Shown one piece after another: positions 58,647 through 64,000 of a DNA stretch of 64,000 nucleotides. The notes under the pieces were generated by a model. That model did not search any database. It had not been told where the DNA came from and saw nothing but the letters and a program-made list of their open reading frames with translations. This stretch comes from an uncultured Nitrososphaerota archaeon. GTDB lineage: Archaea; Thermoproteota; Nitrososphaeria; Conexivisphaerales; DTJL01. A program made the position numbers and the translations under genes. Positions within the stretch are counted from its first letter, which is position 1; every line of letters starts with the position of its first letter. The DNA lies in NCBI GenBank assembly GCA_963842885.1, contig CAWJIE010000004.1:96001-160000 (forward strand). Reading direction: 5' to 3'.

Positions 58647-59699
58647 TCACCACGTCATCTTCAGGATCCCCTGGAGCCTTAGAGAGTCCAGGAGGCCCTC
58701 TGCGTAGCCGGCCTCCACCAGGGCAAGCTCGGGCTTCCCCTCCAGGATGAACCGGTCGGCGTCCGAAAGGTAGGCCTCCACGTTGTCGAAGACGCTTCGA
58801 AGGTCGGGCATCGAAGGCTGGGCAGCCAGCTCCTTGGCCACCTTCAGGGCCGCCTTGGTCTTTGCGACGGTCCTGTCTACGATGGTCTTGCTAGGAGGGA
58901 CCAGCGTCGTCTTGGATGACGCGAGCATGGTGGGGTCAGCCTTCGCCAGGGCGACGAGCGCCTCCGACTCGGTGTAGTGGAGGCTTCCGGGGACCAATAT
59001 GCTGTGAGGAGGAGGGCCGAACTCCATCATCTGGAGATCATGGAGCCTGCCCGCGACGACGGACTGGTCCGGCCATCCGAGCCTGGAGACGACGATCAGG
59101 AGGCGGTCGTCGGGGAAGACCCCCAGCCTGTAAGAGCTCTCGACCTCGCTGAGCATCTTCATGCCGTCAGTGGGCTTCAGGTCGAAGTTCTCGTCGTAGC
59201 TGTACTCCAGGAGGAGGAGCGTATGAAGCCCCAGGCCGAGCGTCTCCTTGACGGCGGAGTAGACGGAGCCGAGAGCGGAAGGCGTCGACCTGACCAGGGT
59301 GATGACCCGGCCCAGCTTATAGGGATGGAGACCCGTCTCGCCGAAGACGGCGTTGAGGATCCCTGAAGAGTAGAAGACCTTCACCGGGATGCCCAACTCC
59401 AAGGCACGAAGTCGTAGGGTCATGTGCGTCGTGGCGATCAGCGAGTCCCCCATGCAGAAGACGGCCGTCTCTCCCTTGGAGCTCTCCTCCAGTATCCTCC
59501 TCCCGTCCTCCAGGAGGGTGCGGGTAGCCGGAGCGAGCTCTCTGCCCACGAGTTTCCCCATCCGCGCCAGGAGGCCGTCCGGCCAGGGGCTCGTGTAGAC
59601 GTCGGCGTACAGATGATCGCATTTGCGGGCGAACTCCAGAGCCCCCATGGGGATGCCGTCGGTCCCCTGAATGCCGAGGCCTATGAGAGAGAGTGTCAA
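58647..59699 (-). CDS. dph5: Diphthine synthase with C-terminal DUF357 fusion
   Basis: LIGLG, YTS, GDSLIATTH, YKLGR, GLHTLLLL, PPHS; DUF357 'AYLSDA..F..G..ELAL..GYAEGLLDSL'. Confidence 0.93.
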   Translation of the reverse strand: MTLSLIGLGIQGTDGIPMGALEFARKCDHLYADVYTSPWPDGLLARMGKLVGRELAPATRTLLEDGRRILEESSKGETAVFCMGDSLIATTHMTLRLRALELGIPVKVFYSSGILNAVFGETGLHPYKLGRVITLVRSTPSALGSVYSAVKETLGLGLHTLLLLEYSYDENFDLKPTDGMKMLSEVESSYRLGVFPDDRLLIVVSRLGWPDQSVVAGRLHDLQMMEFGPPPHSILVPGSLHYTESEALVALAKADPTMLASSKTTLVPPSKTIVDRTVAKTKAALKVAKELAAQPSMPDLRSVFDNVEAYLSDADRFILEGKPELALVEAGYAEGLLDSLRLQGILKMTW

Positions 59700-59868
59700 C
59701 GGATGACTCAGTCAACCGCCAGCCCGCAGGTGCTATTATGGTTTGCCCGGATGAGTTTCCGGAAGGACTGGCGGACGATTGGCTTCTTGAACCGTCATGA
59801 CGAGTTTGCCAGGTGAGTTGTGGCATGAATGAAAAGCCTTATCTTAGTCAACAAGGCTCTCAGCACGG

Positions 59869-61067
59869 TTGCCAAAGGCTCGACGAGACCTCTCGGTCGA
59901 TGTCGAGAGGTACTTCAGGACCGACGCCGGAGTCGCAAAGAGCATCGCTCAGACCATTGGACAGATTGCCAGTGAGCTCAAGGGGAGGAAGGGAGGGGAC
60001 CAGAATCCGCATCATGAACTTCTGCGGCACGCATGAATGGACCACGACGCACTACGGCATCAGAAGCCTCCTGCCCAGCAACGTGGAGATGATCTCCGGG
60101 CCTGGATGCCCTGTATGCGTGACGCCCGCGAACTACGTCGACATCTGCATCCGGCTCGCCTTGGAAGGCGTGCGTGTGTATTCATATGGCGACGCCTTCA
60201 GGCTGCCCAACACAAATGCGGTCTCAAATGCCAGGAGTCTAGAGGAGGCGAAGGCTCTGGGCGGCGATGTGAAGGTCGTCTACAGCTTCCTTGATGCCAT
60301 CAAGGACGCCAAGGAATACGGGAAGGATTGCGTCTTCCTCGGGATAGGATTCGAGACCACCACTCCCAGCTACTCCGAACCGCTAGCTCACGACATGGTC
60401 CCCGAGAACCTGTATTTTCTGAGCGCCTTGCGCCTGACTCCGCCCGCGGCCTCCTTTGCGCTGGAGAAGGTGGGCGGGGTGGACGGCATCATCGCGCCAG
60501 GCCATGTTTCAGTGATAACCGGTGCGTCAGCTTGGGCGCCGATAGCTGAGAGGTTCAAGACCCCGGCGGTCGTCTCCGGTTTCGAGCCCCTAGATCTACT
60601 CATTTCGATAGCAGGCTTGCTCAATCAGATAAGCCGTGGGGAGCACAAGGTGGAAATAGAGTACAGGAGGGCTGTCGGCTGGGAAGGCAACGCGCGGGCG
60701 AAGGCCTCCATCGCAAAGGTCTTTGAAGAGGCGGACGCCGCCTGGAGAGGGATAGGCGTGATACCGGCCAGCGGCCTGGAACCTCGCAAGAAGTATGCGT
60801 CACACGACGCGAAGTTGACGATTTGACATACGGGATCCCACGAAGAAGACCTGGACCGAGGACCTCCCGGAAGGATGTCGCTGTGGCGAGGTCACCCTTG
60901 GCCTCATCAAGCCGACAGATTGCCCTCTCTTCCTGGTCGCCTGCACGGCGGAGAAGCCTTATGGGCCGTGCATGGTCTCTTCGGAGGGGACCTGCGCCGT
61001 GTGGGCAAGATATGGGGGCGGAGGGCTTGCCGACAAGGTGGCCGCCGAAACGGAGGCGAAGCGGTAG
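59869..61067 (+). CDS. hypD: Hydrogenase maturation protein HypD (frameshifts near 60000 and 60820)
   Basis: [35 protein letters not shown]-terminal [11 protein letters not shown] in a shifted frame. Confidence 0.93.
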
Positions 61068-61376
61068 TTGTGCTGGGCCGTGCCAGCTAGGGTTATCGAA
61101 ATCAACGACCTGATTGCCAAGGTAGACTTCGGAGGCGGAACGGTCAGGGAGATCCTTGCCGCCACGCCCGAGGAGCTCTCCGTGGGAGACTACGTCTTGG
61201 TGCACGCGGGGACCGCGATAACGAAGCTTAGCGAGCAGGAGTTCCTCGAGAGCTTCAGCTACTATAGAGACATCGCCGTACAGCTGGAGGTCGACGCCGG
61301 CGTCTCCAAGAAGAGGGCGGAAAGGGAAGTGGACAGATCTCTTAGGGACCTGCTGGGCGATAGGGTCAGAGGCTGA
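61068..61376 (+). CDS. hypC: Hydrogenase chaperone HypC
   Basis: MCWAVP, VDFGG, VGDYVLVHAG. Confidence 0.95.
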   Translation: MCWAVPARVIEINDLIAKVDFGGGTVREILAATPEELSVGDYVLVHAGTAITKLSEQEFLESFSYYRDIAVQLEVDAGVSKKRAEREVDRSLRDLLGDRVRG

Positions 61377-61378
61377 TT

Positions 61379-62422
61379 GTGCGGATGGGACGGCGTTTCG
61401 TCACCCTCGCTCACGGAGCCGGCGGAAAGGAGACTCAGGAGCTCCTGGAGGGGATGCTGTTCAGCAGGCTGGAGAGGAAACTGAAGACCGTGAAGGGGGG
61501 AGTGGGGTTGGATTCCCCCGACGACGCCGCGGCCATCCCAATCGGCGACGAATTCCTGGTGGTGACGGTGGACTCATACACGGTAAGCCCGCTAATCTTT
61601 CCCGGAGGGGACATCGGGAGCCTAGCGGCTTCCGGTAGCATCAACGACGTGCTGATGATGGGCGGGAGACCCATCGCACTCCTCGATGCCATCGTGGTCG
61701 AGGAGGGTTTCGACCTGGACCTGCTCACCCAGCTCATGGATTCGCTTACTGCCACGCTTCGTCAGGAGTCCATACCCCTTATTGGGGGGGACTTCAAGAC
61801 GATGCCCAAAGGCCAGCTGGACAAGATCGTCATAACGACGGTGGGCCTTGGGCTGACAAGGAGGCCCATTGTGGACGCGGAGTTGAAGCCGGGGGACAAA
61901 ATCATAGTCACCGGCACCATGGGAGACCACGGCGCGACGATACTGGCCCTGCAGCAGGGGGTCGACGTGATGAAGTCGGGCCTGAAGAGCGACGCTCGAC
62001 CTTTGACGTCGTACATGCTACCCTTGTTGGAGCGCTTCGGTGAAGGCATCCATGCAGCGCGCGACCCCACCAGAGGAGGGCTGGCCATGACGCTTAACGA
62101 TTGGGCGAAGGGAAGCGGCGCGGTCGTGGCCGTCGAAGAGTCGGCAATCCCCGTGAAGGAGAGCGTTCGCCTCTACCTTGGCATGCTCGGCATCGACCCC
62201 CTGTATCTGGCGAATGAAGGCGCGGCCGTCTTGGGCGTCGACCCTCGAGTGGCTGACGGGGTGCTCAGGACGCTGAAGAAGGCGGGGGCGACGGAAGCCA
62301 CCATTATCGGCGAAGCTAGGAAGCCCAAGGAGCACAAGGGGATAGTCCTGCTCAAGAGTGGCATTGGAGGATACAGGATCCTCGAGGCGCCGGCGGGCAA
62401 CCTAGTCCCCAGGATCTGCTAG
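61379..62422 (+). CDS. hypE: Carbamoyl dehydratase HypE
   Basis: HGAGG, FPGGDIG, RDPTRGG, ANEG, C-terminal PRIC. Confidence 0.96.
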   Translation: MRMGRRFVTLAHGAGGKETQELLEGMLFSRLERKLKTVKGGVGLDSPDDAAAIPIGDEFLVVTVDSYTVSPLIFPGGDIGSLAASGSINDVLMMGGRPIALLDAIVVEEGFDLDLLTQLMDSLTATLRQESIPLIGGDFKTMPKGQLDKIVITTVGLGLTRRPIVDAELKPGDKIIVTGTMGDHGATILALQQGVDVMKSGLKSDARPLTSYMLPLLERFGEGIHAARDPTRGGLAMTLNDWAKGSGAVVAVEESAIPVKESVRLYLGMLGIDPLYLANEGAAVLGVDPRVADGVLRTLKKAGATEATIIGEARKPKEHKGIVLLKSGIGGYRILEAPAGNLVPRIC

Positions 62423-64000
62423 AAAGCACTGGCCCAGAGCAATCCCGCCGTCGCCGGGCGGCACCTTGACATTCGTGATGACCCTCAGACGGCCTCGGAC
62501 TGCCTCGCGGATGCCCTCCATGAGGTAGGTGTTCACCGCAGCTCCACCCGATACGGCCAACACCACGTCGCTTCTTCTCGATTTCGCAAGGGCAATCGAA
62601 GCCAGGCCTATTCCCACGGCGTGCTGCACGCTGTACGCCAAAAGGCCGGTGTCATTCGGGCGATCGAGCTCGAGCAGCTGCTCGAACAGGGAGGTCGTGT
62701 CGAAGACGTCGACCTCGCCCTTCCTGATCCGTGGCGTGAGCTGGTCTACCCCGCGCTTGGAAGAGGCCTCCAGCCTTATGGCGGGCTCTCCTTCGTAGCT
62801 GCGGAAGAGGCTCAGCCCCAGGAGGGCCGACGCAGCGTCCAACACCCGGCCTGTGCTCGAAGTAGATATCCCGGCGCTGCGCGATTGTTGCAGTATCACG
62901 TCGAGCTCCTGGCGACCGTGAGGGAGGCCACCAAGGAGGCCCTTGGCCGAATAGAGCTTGAAGACCTCACCGTCGCTGAGGAACCGGGACAGGATAGAGG
63001 CCAGCATCCTCGCGGGGTAGGTCGAGGCGAGGTCGCCGCCTGAGAGCGCTTGGTATTCGAGATGTCCCAGCCGGTGGTAGCCCTTCGTTCCGAAGCGCAG
63101 CACTTCGCCTCCCCAGATGTTGCCGTCGTCCCCGTACCCCGTGCCGTCGATGGCGATGCCGAGTACTTCACCTTCGATGTGATGCTCTGCGGCGACGGAC
63201 GCAAGGTGTGCCCAGTGGTGCTGCACCCTCCTGAGAGGGGAGCGGTATCGCTCGCTCCACCTTTCGGCCATTGCCGTGCTGGGGTAGCTGGGGTGGAGGT
63301 CACAGACCGTGGTCGAATCCTCGGGGCGCAACCTGTAGTTCTTGAGGAGGAGCTGGATGTACCTCTCCAGCTCCAACGACGTGGAGTATTCGTCAGTGTC
63401 ACCGATGTACTGCGTCAGGACGGCCTTGTCGCCGAAGCCGACTCCCCCTGCGTTCTGGAGCATGGCACCGAAGCAGACCGCTGGAGATCGCAACTTTGTC
63501 GGCAGCTCGATCCACTTGGGAGCGTAGCCGCGTCCTCTTCGCAGAAGCGCCGGGCGGCCCGCCGTCAGTCGCACGACGCTGTCATCCACCCTGTTGACTA
63601 TGCGCCTGTTGTGAAGCAGGAAGAAGTCCACATACGGCGAAAGCTTCTCCCTGGCTTCGCGCTCGTCCACGCACATGGGCTCTCCAGGAGGGTTCCCGCT
63701 AGTCATAATGGCGAAGTGGTCCCTCAACCGTCTCAGGAGGAGGTGATGGAGGGGGGTGTACGGGAGGAAGAGGCCCACCTGGCGCAGGCCCGGGGCCACC
63801 TCGGGAGACAACGGGGAACCCTTCTTGGCGTCTACCAACAATATGGGCTTCTCCGGCGAATCCAGGAGCCTCCCCTGGGCTGCAGAGACGACGCCGAGCC
63901 CTCCCAGCACATCCAAGTCCAGCCCCATCACGGCGAATGGTTTGGACGGCCGCCGTTTGCGGCGGCGCAGCTCTCTGACCACTTGGTCATCGCTTGCACT
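62402..64000 (-). CDS. hypF: Carbamoyltransferase HypF (5' part beyond the window)
   Basis: KPFAVM, LPYTPLH, MTSGN, DDSV, DLHP, QHHWAH, DGTGYG, GDGGIALGQ. Confidence 0.96.
   Translation of the reverse strand, partial: SASDDQVVRELRRRKRRPSKPFAVMGLDLDVLGGLGVVSAAQGRLLDSPEKPILLVDAKKGSPLSPEVAPGLRQVGLFLPYTPLHHLLLRRLRDHFAIMTSGNPPGEPMCVDEREAREKLSPYVDFFLLHNRRIVNRVDDSVVRLTAGRPALLRRGRGYAPKWIELPTKLRSPAVCFGAMLQNAGGVGFGDKAVLTQYIGDTDEYSTSLELERYIQLLLKNYRLRPEDSTTVCDLHPSYPSTAMAERWSERYRSPLRRVQHHWAHLASVAAEHHIEGEVLGIAIDGTGYGDDGNIWGGEVLRFGTKGYHRLGHLEYQALSGGDLASTYPARMLASILSRFLSDGEVFKLYSAKGLLGGLPHGRQELDVILQQSRSAGISTSSTGRVLDAASALLGLSLFRSYEGEPAIRLEASSKRGVDQLTPRIRKGEVDVFDTTSLFEQLLELDRPNDTGLLAYSVQHAVGIGLASIALAKSRRSDVVLAVSGGAAVNTYLMEGIREAVRGRLRVITNVKVPPGDGGIALGQCFLADPGD

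Noticed and set aside
58647-59699. Dph5-DUF357 fusion as a novelty
   Set aside because: To my knowledge this fusion is already common in thaumarchaeal genomes; useful only as a taxonomic hint.

Overview
High-GC (~60%, by eye) archaeal chromosome segment. It most resembles a deep-branching, non-ammonia-oxidising Thaumarchaeota/Nitrososphaeria (TACK) lineage. This is inferred from the Dph5-DUF357 fusion, the Zn-ribbon PriS, a PriX-type domain, a tRNA-Arg with a D-loop intron and the SRP-like RNA. Most of the window is housekeeping: PCNA, the priS-gins-rpl44e-rps27e-aIF2a-nop10 cluster, AglB, gcvTH, cofE, metG, trxB, Dpo4, thermosome, fumarases, PPDK, leuS, alaS, Nre, pth2, truD, dph5 and hypDCE/hypF. 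Many essential genes carry single-base frameshifts or internal gaps, most likely long-read consensus errors. The most interesting items are: (1) a ~165-nt structured leader with a switchable anti-Shine-Dalgarno helix directly upstream of a QueT-family transporter, a candidate new archaeal riboswitch; (2) a 5,368-bp lower-GC island with no integrase, bounded by a perfect 28-bp direct repeat and carrying catalase, a PLD-like/wHTH gene pair, an Mrr-like nuclease and several unannotated basic microproteins; (3) the locus this island interrupts, which looks like an F420-dependent oxidative pentose-phosphate module (FGD-like enzyme, cyclase-family hydrolase, Gnd, double-SIS isomerase); (4) a PriL whose Fe-S domain is replaced by a PriX domain; (5) an OSTC/DC2 (OST3/6)-like membrane protein; (6) a two-intron tRNA-Arg(CCT). 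All family assignments come from motif recognition by eye; no searches were run.
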